From Wallemia ichthyophaga EXF-994 (Eukaryota > Fungi > Basidiomycota), in the NCBI RefSeq assembly GCF_000400465.1, contig NW_008806282.1, positions 144,001 to 268,000 of the forward strand: a stretch of 124,000 nt of DNA. Reading direction: 5' to 3'. Every line of letters starts with the position of its first letter. The stretch's first letter is position 1. The notes beneath the pieces are model-generated. The model did no database searches and was not told where the DNA came from. It saw nothing but the letters and a program-made list of their open reading frames with translations. Shown here in pieces: positions 103,333 to 117,093 of this stretch. The translations under genes were made by a program, and so were the position numbers.

Positions 103333-105442
103333 ATGACGTTTGGACTGAGAAATGGTCGGCGGTATTTAATGTATAGTGTTCCTGTAGTAGCACTGCCAGT
103401 AGCGTATTATTCATTGCCGAAGCGTCGGCTGTCTCAATCATCTCCGCGGATCTATCAGCCACAGATACCAACTCCAACGCGAAGATCCCCGCTGAAAACG
103501 TATATAACTGAACCCATTTTCACTCTCAGGCGGCTTATTTGGCTGTGTGTACTATTCGTGCCAGTCGTCGCGTCTGTACCGCTACTCTGGATAAATTCGA
103601 CGCTCTGGTACCGGATTCTAACGAAGCAAATGTCAAGAGCTGGCCCTACATTTATCAAGGTTGGTCCTGTCCAACTTTATGAGTACCTTTAACCATTCTC
103701 TAGCTTGGTCAATGGGCGGCTTCTCGCACTGATCTATTCTCACCACAATTATGTCATATATTAGGTCGCCTGCACTCAGCAGCACACCCTCACACAATCA
103801 CCCACACGCATAAGGTCCTCACATCTACCTACTCGCACGCAGACTCGCTCAAAGACATATTTGAAGAATTCGATGAGAAACCCATTGGGTGTGGTGCTAT
103901 CGCCCAAGTTTATAGGGGGAAACTACGTGAACATCTTATACCAAGTGACTGGAGAGTCGCGAACCAGCATGAAGAAGACAGCTGGTTAGTCGCATCTATC
104001 ACAAAAGCCCTCAACAACTTGCAGACTCGCAACGATGACATACCGCGTCAAGATCTCATTACTGCGTCAAGACACGTTGCTGTCAAGGTGATACACCGTG
104101 GGTTTGATGCTAATAATTGTTAATCTATCTTACATATCTCAAAAGCAAATGTAACAGAGCTTATCGAGCGCGATCTAGCTATATTGTATTTCGGCGCCTC
104201 TGCCCTGTCGCTTCTTCCGGGGATGAAATGGCTATCTCTTCCAGAGGAGGTCACTGTATTTGGTAGTCTAATGCGCTCACAGCTTAATCTAAGCGTCGAA
104301 GCCTACAATTTGGCGAGATTTGAAGACAATTTCAGAGAGCGCAGAGGTGCTGCTAGCTTTCCAAAACCTGTCTTCTCGTTATGTGCAAAAGATGTTCTGG
104401 TAGAAGAATTCGAAGAGGCTCTCCCACTCAAGACATTCCTCAAGTTCGGTGGAGGCGGTTTTGAAGAGCGCATAGCCGGTTTGGGTTTGGATGCCTTTTT
104501 GGTGGGTACTGAATTTTATTCACGCAGCTTATTAATCTCCCACAGAATATGCTTTTAATAGACAATTTCGCACACGCCGATCTTCATCCTGGCAACATAT
104601 ACATCAAGTTCTACAAGCCAACTTCCATCGATCTTATCAAGAACATTTTCTCGTCGTTGATATCAAGACCTCGCTCAACTACTGACCTCACGACCAACGA
104701 TACATCGAAAGAAGTGATGAAAACTCTTCTCCCGCTTGCCAGGCGAATAAACAAAAACGAGAAGGATGAAGAGAGTGTGAATGAATGGTCTAACAAGCTC
104801 AAGAAGCTCAATGAGGATGGGTTTCAACCAGAGATTGTTTTTTTGGATACAGGCCTGATTACTGAACTCGACGACAAAAACCGTGGTAATTTTTTGGAGC
104901 TATTCCAAGCTGTCTCTCATTTTGACGGTTATCGCGTCGGACAACTCATGATCGAAAGATCTCGATCTCCCGAGCTAGCGACGGACAAGGAAACTTTCGC
105001 ACTTAAGATGCAGCACATAGTGCTGGGGGTGAAGAGCAAGACATTTTCGCTAGCAAGGATCAGGCTATCGGAGGTGCTCTCACATGTTCTGTCAAGTGTG
105101 CGCGAACACCACGTCAAGATGGAGGCTGATTTCGTTAATACGGTACTGTCTATTCTTTTGCTTGAAGGTATCGGTCGTCAGCTTGATCCTAACATGGACC
105201 TATTTAAGGCCGCTATACCGATTCTGCGTCAGTTGGGCAAGAAAGTCGGCACTTCTGGCAGCTATGCACAGGTCGATAAGGGTAACCTTGGTGCCATGTT
105301 AAAGGTAAGCATATTGAATTTGGTTTGATTACATATTAACAACCCCCAGCTCTGGGTATGGATGGAAGCACGTGAATTCGTTTCAAGTGTCAACGAAATG
105401 GACGAATGTATCCGGTACGACTGGCTTAGCCCGAACATATAG
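103333..105442 (+). CDS. ABC1/ADCK (UbiB) atypical kinase, mitochondrial
   Basis: AGPTFIK|LGQW, GCGAIAQVY, VAVKV.H, DVLVEEFE, DNFAHADLHPGNI, FLDTGL, LEGIGRQLDP. Confidence 0.92.
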
Positions 105443-107145
105443 TTTGTAATATACATATAACTTGAACAATTGCAATTAGGCCCGCATTTAAAGCGTGTGG
105501 ATCACCTCAACTTGTCAAAATATGTTTGCTATCACGATTGTCAACCTTGATAGTGACAAGCAATATAGGGATGACAGGGCCATTGAATAGTTCTTTCTAT
105601 AACTTTAGCAAAATACAACATTGAGCATGAATCAATTGAATATAAACTGCTCAAGGTACCCTGCAAGTGATCAAGTAAGTGAGAAGACGAACACAGAGAT
105701 ACCATCTGACAATTTGAACAAACTAGCCATGCTATCAGTTTCATAGCACTTTCAGCATTCCAAATACATTATCAACTAAACCTTCCGCTCAATATCCACC
105801 GAGTTGAATTTCTTGGCTACCACTGACCTCAAATGGCTCTTACGACTTTTGATGATCTCCAAATAAACGTGCTCCGTTAGTAATTCTGGCTGATAGTGAT
105901 ATGATTTTGCCAAATTTATATCCCTGGCGCTCCAAATCGCGCCTCGCACATTGATCGGAAGCAATGATCCACAATCTCTCTGGAGCATGCAGCAGGATAA
106001 TAAAGAAAGGTCACTCAAACTTTGTCGGTAGCTGCAACGTATTTTGACTTACAAGTGCTCATATATCACAATGATTCGGCTCTATAAACGCGTTTTACTT
106101 TTTTCCGGCACATTGCGTCTACAGGACTCAACAATGCTGGCTGCAGGAAAAAAATATTGTGATTCCGTATCATCGCATGCTTATTTAATGCAACTCATTC
106201 AAAGTAAAGGGGAGGTCAGCCCAATTCTGAAATCGGGGGTTTTGCTCGACCAGGTGCGTGCGTTTCAAGATATCAAATAATGGTGGGTGTGAAATCGATT
106301 AAGGCTGATTTGACATTTTGAAGGCATGACAGTTTGGATGTTAATTTTTTTAATCCAAAACACTCTAAAAGAAACATGCCACATCTATCTGGACTAGTAC
106401 AGGGCGCCAGACAGCGCTTTTCGCGATAATTTCACTGTTGAATTAATAGCAAACAAATTACCACAGAATGATATAAATTTGACTCAATTTTCATTGATCA
106501 CATTGCTTCTTCTTGGACATAATGAGTTGTGAATTAGTTGGTGAATAATGTGTGATTTGTCTTGTGGAAGATTAACATTGTTGATTCAGTATGTTTGTTG
106601 ATGTGCTGGTCAGAGATAGATATCACTGCGAGCTCTACCAGTATAGATAAACGTGTATTTGCCACGCTTTAGCGCGTGTCATGCATGCCGATAGCCACGT
106701 GACCAGGAACGAGGATACTCGAGAACCAATTGAGACGAACTAGATGTAAAGAAAACTTTGAAGATAAGTTGATTAGCACATGTGTTTTCGCCGTTAGCCG
106801 CCAGACTAGGAACGACGTAGCGGTGTTCGTGAAACATAACAAAGGCAAGGCACGAGCCACGTGCTTATCGGCCGTCGCTGTGTTATTTAAGCCGTCCGAC
106901 CTCCTTTCTTCTTTTTCTTGCGGTAAAACGTCTTGAGGGACATGGCAAGGCGGGTATAACGCTTTCCCTGTAAATAGTCTGCGCTACTCGCAGAAAGCTT
107001 TATCTCCACTCGTTCAACACTCACCTTCGACTAAGCGCAGGAAGTCGGTTAAAAGTCCGCTTTGAGTGATATTCATAGCATTTGCTCTCCTTCCTCACTC
107101 CGTCTCTCAATCTAACCTCAACCACCAAGACGAGACAGTCCTCAG

Positions 107146-109931
107146 ATGTTCTTCCGAACGGCTGCAATCTGCGCCGTCGCATGGGCAGTGGCTATAATTA
107201 TACTAAAATCCAATCATGCTGAAAGCGCATGTAGAATGGCTTACATGAATCCCAAATATATACCCCATCCTTTCGTCGACTCAAAGTACGGATTGTATCT
107301 TTATAGAGACAAGCATTGGAACGTCGGTGATAGTATAACGGTAGGTAGCAACATAACGTTCCTAATATATCTCCTGATAACTTGTTCTAGCCAGATGGTA
107401 TACCGGTGCTATTCATTCCCGGAAATGCTGGCTCTTATAAACAAGGTCGGTCGATAGCAGCTGAGATATCCAAGCAATACCATATCGACTACAATCGACC
107501 CAATCATGATCTCGCATCTCAAAATATACCACTGCCTGATCTATGGACAGGTGAGCATGCGCCTTCAGAGTGAGGCCGCGATAACACTTTACTAGTCGAT
107601 TTCAAGGAAGAACTGTCAGCATTCCATGCTGGCTTGGTGCGGCGGCAGGCTGAGTATTGTCGAAGTGCAGTGGACTACATTCTGTCACAATACGCAGGCC
107701 AATCACATCCACCAGAATCAGTTATCGTAATAGCGCATTCGATGGGAGGAGTCGTTGCCAGGGAGATGTTCCACTTGACTGATTACAGACAAGGCTCGAT
107801 AGACCTCTTGTTGACACTAAGCTCGCCAAACGCCATCCCACCAACTCCGTTTTCGAGAAGCATGAGTAGCTTGTTTGGTAATAACTTGAGCAAACACACG
107901 GAAATTGCCATCAGTGGAGGATCAGCTGATTCACTGTTACCAGCCGACGTTACGTACGCTCCCATCTCCCAAAACTCATTAAGCGTGCTATCTACGACCA
108001 TACCAGGGGTCTGGGCGCCGATATCTCATCAGGCGATTGTGTGGTGTGATCAGCTGAGAAGGAAAATAGCAAGAGGTGTGTTACTTTCCGTCGACAGTAG
108101 CAAATCTTCGAAATTGAAAAGCAGGGAGAGCCTTATGGAGGTCTGGAAAGGCTTGCTCGTTGGGATTTCTAACATACCTGATACCGTTGGCTTGTTTGAT
108201 GTCGATCTCAATGCTACAGTGGCATATGGTGCATATACAACCGCAGACATCGGCTCTGATAGGACAGCTTGGTCGCTAGGTAGGCCACCGCCACACTCGG
108301 TGACCGGAGATAAGGCGCCAATCGTGAGGCTTGTCACTAGCCTCACCCCTGAGCCCCCATACAAAGACTTTGGTCAGTACGAATCACCCATCCAAGTGCT
108401 GGCTTGTCAGGAAATCAAACCACTTAAACGATGCAGGCATCTGCCAATAAGAGATTCCGTAACTCTGCCATATTTACACAGAGACACGCAATGGTTGCCT
108501 GTCCGACATGGCGCCGACGAAGACCACACTATGTATCTGTTAGACGCAGACACAGATACTCTGGATGACAACGAGAGCGTGGTACTGTTTAGAAATGGAA
108601 AAGACGGAAAGAGGCACTGGATTACCTCCCAGTTCGCACCCGCTGACGAAGAGATCGTTATTGGTGGATCACTTACACGCATGTTATTCTCATCAGTTCC
108701 TCTTCTCGAGCAAAATCATGGGATAATGGCATTAAGAAGGAGATATAAATTAATTAATGCACCGTCTACTTCGCTAGTAGTGTACAGAATCGATGCTAAG
108801 CAGTCGACGTGTGTGTCGACGCAATTCAACAACAAAGAGCTATTTCAACCGCTGCTTAGACACGTTGTTGGATCTTTAAAAGGAATCGAAGAGACTTACC
108901 ATCCAGACCTCAATGGAAGAATTGCAATTGAGTCACATCTTTCACAATCACCCTACCTAATCGCTGACGCGAAATCGAACAAGACTGAGCTCATCTTTGA
109001 GGTTTTTGCGGACACTTCCAGTACCGAATCATGCTATCCATTACAGGAACTCTCGGTCAGTGTGGATATTCTAGCTAGTATTTCCAAGTGGGGTACCCGC
109101 TATCGATCGGCATTAGTGGGATTTGCGTTGGGGATTTGGTGTGTCGCATTTAGACGGCAATTACAATCACTGGATTTGACGGGTGCATCAATCACCCTTC
109201 TCGAATCATTAACGGTAGCATTTCCACGTGAGATTTTAGCATTCTGCTTCATAATGGTAGGAAGTGTATTGGCTAGCTCATTATACGCAAAATTCAGCTT
109301 ATATTTCGTTGGATTACATGACCCCAAGCTGTGTTTCGTCGGCCCTATCCTTCTCTTAGCATCATATGGTTTAATCAGTGGAGTCACTGTGGCAATTACA
109401 GGATTCAGCGCAATTCTCTCTTTCACTAGACTACACATACCCAAATTTAAGATAAGTCGGAAAAGAGAACTGGGTTTGATGTTGACTACAGCTGCTATCA
109501 CTCTATTAATACCACAACAGGTAATGCTGAGTCTCATTGGAATATACACGCTATTAACCGATAATTCAACACCTCTCGCTCTTTCTATACGAGTCTTGGT
109601 AGTCTTACTAGCACCATTTTACATACCAGTAACTGTGGTCTGGCTAAAAGATCCGTTGATGAGCTCATTTGGGGTTGATTTTGAAGATCATAATCCATTA
109701 CCTATTTTACCAATCGTCTGGATTGTTTTACACGTACAGTCTTGCAATGCTATACGGAAGCACAGAACGACCGACAGATTGGTTTGGTGGATAGAGAACA
109801 GCGTATTTGTCACATTTGCATTGTCTTCACTTGCATTCAGTGGAAGATATGCGTACATTTTATATGAAGGGATGTGTATCTTACTGGCAATTCTGTCTTA
109901 CACGCGTTATTTTAATTGTAAAACAGAATGA
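107146..109931 (+). CDS. BST1: GPI inositol-deacylase (PGAP1/Bst1)
   Basis: [63 protein letters not shown]; C-terminal TMs. Confidence 0.92.
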
Positions 109932-109985
109932 ATGGAACAGGAAAATGACTGTATAAATAGTTTTTAAAGTGTATTTGAACGCAGC

Positions 109986-111565
109986 TTAGTCGTGCAATGG
110001 AGTATTTGATCTTGATCTGGATCTGGATCTTGAGACTGATCTTGATCTTGATCTGCTTGTCGATCTGCCTCTGATGTCATTAACTGCAGTTTGATCCATT
110101 GGCTGTTGCTGTTGCGCCATCTGCATAGTCTGCATATTGGTATAGTAAACCCACATGAATGCACAGCTACCTATTTGTTCATTTGAGGGAACGAAACCGA
110201 ATGTCTTCTCGAATGCTTTTCCAGCCAATATCCAAGATTGCGGTTGAGTTGGGTCGAATGCTACCCAATCAAAATTAGATAATGCATCAACAGATTTATT
110301 ATTACTATGACTATGACTATAATTATTGCTACTGTCTGGTGTTGGTGACTTTTGATCCTGCTGATAGCTGTTGTAAGACATGTGATTTGGTTGTGAGTAG
110401 TGTGAGTATGAGTGGGTATTCGAAGGTGAGTTAGTGCTAAAGCTCTCTCTAGAGCTTTCAATTGGTCTCTTTGTTCTTGGATCTATCCTTGGACGCTTAC
110501 CACTATCATAGCTTTGGTTTTGTATGCTCTGTGGTAGACGCGCTGATCTATCTCTGTTCCCATAATCATATCTATCATTGTACCTGTCGTTGTATCTGTC
110601 ATCGTATCTGCTATCGTATCTGTCATTGTTACTTCTGTCCCTCTTCAAGCTACCGCTATCGGATGATGGTGTTTGAGAGTTCTTGTCATCTCTATAAACG
110701 CGCATTAACAAAGACTACTAAGTCAAGTGACTATAACTCACGATGAAGGAATCTTGGAAAGGAATTGAAGGATATTTGCAGGTAAACCTCCATTGCTATC
110801 TCCATCATCCTTTTTGCTTGAAGATTTTGCTGTATCTGAGTGGTTCACAACGTCAATACAGTTAATTTGTATATAATAAGAATTTATGAAAGCACCTTTT
110901 TCTGAAACATTTTTATTACTACTTGACTCATGTCTTGCGTCGAGAGTATCGCGGTCGCTTTGCTTCTGGCTTTCATTAGTTTCGCCGCTGTTGCTCATCT
111001 TATCCATAAGTATTTCAAGCATGGGCTTATTGAATACGGCCATCTGTGACCACATTTTGAGTATCTTAAGATTTTTCTCCTTCAAGGAATTCAATATAAG
111101 TCTGAATAAACTAGAATTACTCTACCTTCAGTTCTTTGTCAAGGTATTTAAGAGATTCGTCGAAGAAATCGACCAAGATGGATTCAATCGCGGAGAGAAA
111201 GTTCTTCCAATTATTTGAATCCCTGTTGCTTTTCTTGATCGCTTTGTGTGCTTGTTGCACCAGCGCATGTAGCGTGTAAAGACTAGAGACCCTCTTGGCT
111301 TTTTTGTCTCTGTGAGTTTCCAAGATGGACGAAGCCATATGTTGAGATCCCATCTTAGGGCAAATCAATTGAGGTTTTCGAGCTGAGCTACCAGACTCAC
111401 GTTAAGGTTTTTGCCGCAGATGTACGATATCCTCTCCACTCTGGTGTTGGACAGTGTCGATCTGTGAATCACTGTTTCTCTCAGCAAGTCGTCGAATTCC
111501 TGTGAATTAAATGATAATAAGCACTAAAGCTTTTGATGGTGCGTTCCCCGTACTTTTAATGACAT
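109986..111565 (-). CDS. CID (RNA Pol II CTD-interacting) domain protein with RD/RS-rich tail
   Basis: Spliced MSLK|EFDDLL..., HRDKKAKRVSSLYTLHALV (CID), KILKMW; RYD repeats and RS tail. Confidence 0.7.
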
Positions 111566-111822
111566 TGAGTTGGTAGTCCAAGATGAAGGAGCTGTTGAGG
111601 TGCGCGAGAAGCTTATAATTTGTGCGGGGAATTCAGATAAAAGTGGTAAAGGCTTGAGAGTCTCTCTATCTCTTTGAATCAGCCAATACATGTTTCTATC
111701 CTCTGCTTAGGTCTCTGCTCCGTGCTAATATCGAGTTCAATTATCATAGGCTTAAAATGTCCTAAAAATCGTCGGAAGAAACGTTGCAAGAGAAATACAT
111801 TTATGTTTAAAGATTAATTTGT

Positions 111823-113086
111823 TTAAATGAGATTATTTATATTAGATATCAAAGCCGGCATATACTGTTTACGACTGGCATGTTTATTTTGATTGTAAAC
111901 GACTGTGCCATTCAAAGAGAAGGCAAAGTTACCGCTGATCTTCAGCTTAAGCAGTTCATCAGCTTCTATCCCCTTTCTCAGTTTATCCAAGTGAGCGTTC
112001 AGCTTGCTAGAGGAGGGTACATGCAGTAGCAATTCCCTTCTGTGTTTGTGGCCGCTTTTACTGTTAGGATCGTGATAGCTCGTCCCAATTCCAAGCAAAT
112101 CAAGAGCACCCTCGCCTTTTCCGTCATCTTGAGTGAATCTTTGTATATCTCTCTCAAACGAGTCTATGCCACTTGCGTTTCCGCAAATCCAATCTTCAAG
112201 GCTCATGGGTACAGATGCTAGCCCTAAACTTATTCCATTAGATGCATAGACGCGTTTGTAGTCTCTTTGAAGTAGCTGTGTAGTGTTTAATGATGACACA
112301 TCATTTTTACACTCGGAGAGCGAGCCAAATAGATCGGATGTAGCTACGGTGGATGGCTGTGACGCTTGATGAATACCAGCGAAAGAGGAGCGAGGCAGAA
112401 GGAAGTCGTAAGCCTCAAAATCAACGCTCTGCGCTTTACCACCTTGTTTAAGATTGTTGGTATCCACTATAATAGCCTGAATGAGCAAATCAGCGATGCT
112501 TCTTTCTGTATCTGAATCAATGATCGATTGAGCCCAGGCATGTTTGAAATTGTCCGTAACAAGACTTGCACAGCTTCCAACTGGTGTTCTGACATCCCAT
112601 AAAAGCGCACTCGGGTAACGATCAGGTGCGCCATCGTGATGATCAATAACTGCGACTACATCTGATTCAGGAGATTTCCATTGATTATCAAGTGTAGAAT
112701 GATCCACCAGGGCGTAATTTGTCGCCGGGTCAAAATCATCTTTGATGTCTGAGAAAAAGATCAAAGAGTTTGTATCGATTTTTGCATTTGATAGCGCTAG
112801 TCTGTTCTCAGGACGAAGATTCAAGTCTTCTCTCGACGACTGAACGACGGGAATAGCCTGTTTGAGCGAAATAGGCGCGTTAGAGAGCGTGGATAGGTAG
112901 CTGAATGCAATTGATGAGGCTAGACTGTCCAAGTCTTCATTGTGTGCAATGTGAGATACAAAGACGTAAGTCAAAGGGACACACACCATTAGATTGGTTT
113001 CCGAGTACGATGATCCAATTGCTGATCGACTTAGCTCTCAAATCAGCCATAAATTTCGACCTCGTAGCTGCGAGTAAGGTATTCAT
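111823..113086 (-). CDS. PPX1: Exopolyphosphatase (DHH/Prune family)
   Basis: LGNQS.|DLDSLASSIA, LVDH, VIDHH, VGSCASLV, I.VDT.NL, LL.RDYK. Confidence 0.9.
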
Positions 113087-113213
113087 CTGTGTTTGTTTGC
113101 TGCGCTGTGTAGAACGTGGGAGAGACGTATATTTGACTTTAACAGCTTGAAATAAAGCAGCTAACACGGTAAACAGTGTAATTAAAATGTATAATTTGTA
113201 TTTGATCGTCGTT

Positions 113214-113238
113214 GAATGTCCCTTGAATGTCCCTTGAA
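113214..113238 (+). repeat. 11-bp tandem repeat (TTGAATGTCCC) x2 plus a partial copy
   Basis: ttgaatgtcccttgaatgtcccttgaa in the PPX1/PanK divergent gap. Confidence 0.6.
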
Positions 113239-113279
113239 AACCGACGCTCAGCTCATCGAGACGCAATTCCAACGCGGAT

Positions 113280-114941
113280 ATGAGCTATCCCGAGATACCA
113301 GACATTAGCAGACTAAGTGTTGATACGCGTGGCGCAGAAATCGTAGACGATGTTACAGAGGTGGGCTACGCTGGTATTTCCCGAAATGGAACAAAGTGCT
113401 GATATCAACAACAGGACAAAGATAGTCGGGGAATCTATCTTCCCTTCCATACAGAGTCTGTATCCCATATTGCCCTAGACGTAAGTGCTCGCGCTAGATT
113501 TACCCCCATTTCTTATTAATAACGGGGAACAGATTGGTGGAAGTCTCGCAAAGTGTGTTTATTTCTCGCGGACATCCCGCAGGAGAAGCAGCACAGCGTC
113601 TAGTAAGAGCACGAAGAGCACGAATCGAAACAGTCCCCCACCTCTTCAACCGCCGCCATCACCTAAACCAAACGGAACGCTAACCCCGAACATTCTCAAA
113701 CCAATCAGCAACGACGCATGTACCCCTGTGTCTCCATTGTATAGCTCTGGCGGTAGTTATTTTGACGTTCAGAGCAGCTCTCACTCCGACAGCGCGAAGA
113801 TCAGACCGGGATTCGGCAGTCACGGCCGATCGAAATCTAAACACATACCGGGTGGTCAGCTTAACTTTGTCAAGTTTGAGACTGAGCATATAGAAGAGTG
113901 TATTGACTTCTTGCGCAACCTTATTGATCAATCAGCAAATGTCAATGATGTTAGTCTTGATCAAATGAGGGCCAGCATCAAAATTGTTATGACCGGAGGC
114001 GGTGCCCACAAGCTTGGAGATGTTTTTGAAGACCAGCTCAAGACTGCTGTAGCAAAAGAGGAGGAAATGGAATGTCTGATAACTGGCTTACAGTTTATTA
114101 CAACTATTCCCAAGGAGGTCTTTTGGTGAGTGCTGGGATTGCTGTTAAATCATCATGTCTGACATGTCATCAAAGGTACTCTGATGAGTTGGTGTACTCA
114201 GTCAGTCACAAGAAGCAGAAGAAAACTATATTACCCCAAGAGGAACTTCCAAGGCCATCGCCGAACCCGCCCCAGTTTAGCGTCAGCTTCGACAAACCGA
114301 CTGAGTTTGAGTATCCTTGTCTGCTTGTCAACATCGGATCAGGGGTGTCTATTATCAAAGTGAACTCCGACGGCTCCTTCGAGCGTGTCTCTGGAACCTC
114401 TCTTGGTGGGGGAACACTTTGGGGTTTATTGTCGCTCCTCACGCCAGCCACGTCGTTTGATGAGATGTTAGCGTTGTCAGAAACAGGAGATAACAACTCA
114501 GTAGATATGCTCGTAGGCGATATTTACGGTAGCGATTACGGAAAAATTGGTTTAAAGGCGACGACAATCGCTTCATCATTCGGTAAGGTTTTCAAGAAAG
114601 GCGATAACAATCGCAAGAAAGAATTCAAGCCTGAAGACATCAGTAAAAGTATGTTGTTCATGATCAGCAACAATATTGGTCACATTGCGTACATGCAAGC
114701 AGAGAAACATAACGTGGATAGAATCTATTTTGGAGGGTGTTTCATTAGAGGTTTGTGAAATGTGTTGGCTGATTCTTTTCTCACACCATCGTAATAGGAC
114801 ACGCTGCTACGATCTCAACCCTCAGCTATGCTATCCGTTTTTGGAGCAAAGGTACGAAAAGGGCCATGTTCCTTCGTCATGAGGGCTTCTTAGGTAGTCT
114901 TGGTGCTTGGATAAAGAACATAGACGAAGAGCACTACTGAT
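113280..114941 (+). CDS. CAB1: Type II pantothenate kinase
   Basis: IALD|IGGSLAK, MTGGGAHK, EMECLITGL, LLVNIGSGVS, RVSGTSLGGGT, VDMLVGDIYG, SNNIG.IAY, FLRHEGFLGSLGA. Confidence 0.95.
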
Positions 114942-115029
114942 TACCAATGAGAAATGTATCCCTTCTGATTGATTACTAGTCTATTGTAAAACTGTATTTC
115001 TAAGTATACATTTGTTAACGCAAGACAAC

Positions 115030-115796
115030 CATGGGGGATCTGCAATTAGGTGAGCAGAATGCGTAAGGACTTGGCAAAATTTAATGTGCGTCTAGATAGT
115101 ATATTTGGTAGATCGCCCTCACCACCACCAGCAGCGCCACCAAAGTACGAGAGCTACACTTACAAAGGACGAGAATTGAAGATACGGTTAGAATCATTTC
115201 ATCCATTGTGGGCGCATTATCTCTGGAATGCAAGTAGAGTATTCTGTAACTATCTAATCAACAACAATCTGTGTAAAGGAAAGAGCGTATGCGAGTTGGG
115301 TGCAGGAGCCGGACTTCCGTCGCTAGTCTCAGCGTTGGAAGGAGCAGATAAGACGGTGGTTACAGACTACCCAGATGAGCCGCTTTTGAACAACCTCCGA
115401 ATCAACGTCGGTGAATGCTTAGAAGAAAACGCTCAGAACAAGATAAAGGTTGAGGGATTTGTTTGGGGTTCTGATATAGCAAATCTCCTTGCAGCCAACA
115501 ACGGCAACAAATTTGACATTCTTATTCTGTCTGATTTGGTGTTTAACCATTCTCAGCACAACTCGCTGCTGAAAAGTTGTAAGGGATTGATAGCCCAAGG
115601 TGGACAGTGTCTCGTCTTTTTCAGTCACCACCGCCCACATAAGGCTAAAGAGGATATGGGATTCTTCGATAAAGCTGCAGAAGAAGGCTGGATTGTCGAG
115701 CGTGTAGTGGAAGAGCGTGTTGGCGTCATGTTCGAAGAAGACACTGGAGATGAAGGTGTCCGAGCCACAGTGCATGGATTTAAGCTTACATTGTAG
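115030..115796 (+). CDS. EFM7: Efm7/Nnt1-like protein N-terminal/lysine methyltransferase
   Basis: HPLWAHYLWNAS, VCELGAGAGLPS, TDYPD, ILSDLVFNHSQH, VFFSHHRP. Confidence 0.88.
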
Positions 115797-115866
115797 ATAC
115801 TGTAGATGCTTTTTGTAATATTCTCCTTATCTCGTGGATTCTGTTATTCCAACTAATACGATCATC

Positions 115867-116110
115867 ATGAGCGAGAGACTCGGTTTGCCAGCTCCACCTG
115901 CAGATGGAGAGAAGACGACGGTGCAAGTCAATGGAGAAAGCCTCAGCCTTGATCATCTCGGTCCAATGGTGGTCAATTCCGACGGCACATTGAGCAGGAT
116001 ACAGAATTGGGAAGGAATGAGTCAGATCGAGAGGGAAAAAACGCTGAGACTGATAGTTAAACGGAACAGGTGAGCTGGAGCTGCTTTGAGATGTTTGAAA
116101 ACCAGCTAAA
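115867..116110 (+). CDS. Small conserved fungal protein
   Basis: LDHLGPMVVNSDGTLSRIQNW..MS..ERE.TLR.I.KRN, a motif recalled from many fungal small proteins. Confidence 0.7.
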
Positions 116111-117093
116111 GCACCTTAACCAGACAAAGATTAGACAAGCTCCAATCCGAGGGAAAGTAAAATAGATTATGCATTACAATAAACTCAGAAATTATTTTTG
116201 AAAACAGCTTTGATATAGCTGATTGAGTGTATGGGATGTACGCTATCGGTTTCGTCAGTAATCGTGATAAGAATATCTTGGATACCCAGAAATTGAGTAC
116301 CATGTGAGCCAGTAGCTTATAATGACCTTGCTGTAATGTGACAAGGTATTTAATGGTTCATCTGCGATGACTCACAAATACAACTGTCAAGATTGGGTTT
116401 CCCAGCCGGAATCTGCGTATGAAGACGGCAACGACGCTTGTTGAAAATATAAGCATCGCCCCTACTCTTATGGGCTAGTTTTGCATCAATATAAGCACAT
116501 CTCGCGTGCTAAGCCCAAGTATAAACATTCCCTTGAGCTGTTTATACCAGTACATTATGAGTCTGTGATATAGAACTGAGCCAATGTACCATAAACCTTG
116601 GAAACTAATTCGAGAACAATCCCGAGCACAAATAAATTTACCGATGTGCTCGATGTCTTATCTTAAGCATCATAGCGCGGTTGACTGACCGCCGAACAAA
116701 GCGAACAACGTAGTTCTTAATAGGACAATAAGAGACATTGATGGTGAGGCTATTCCATTAGCAAAGCAGACCGTAAAGCCCAGAAGATGCTGCTTCCAAC
116801 TCAGATCGAAGTAGCTGAATGCATAGCTCTTATTGCTCTAAGTTGTTCATATGATCAATTAGTACGCAAAGCTAGCCAATGCGTATTATCATACCGTACA
116901 AGCTTATCCATCCTTTATTTGATGGAATGGCCATGCTGCGTGAAGTATGCCAAAGACAAACGCGATTCTTTGTATTGCTGTGTATGGTGTATTACTCAAG
117001 TGGTTTGTAGCATTGTATCTCATACGAGCGATCGTGTCAGTCCGGTTAGTGGCAGTTGCCTCTTCGACTCCGACGACGATCTACACGATCAGG

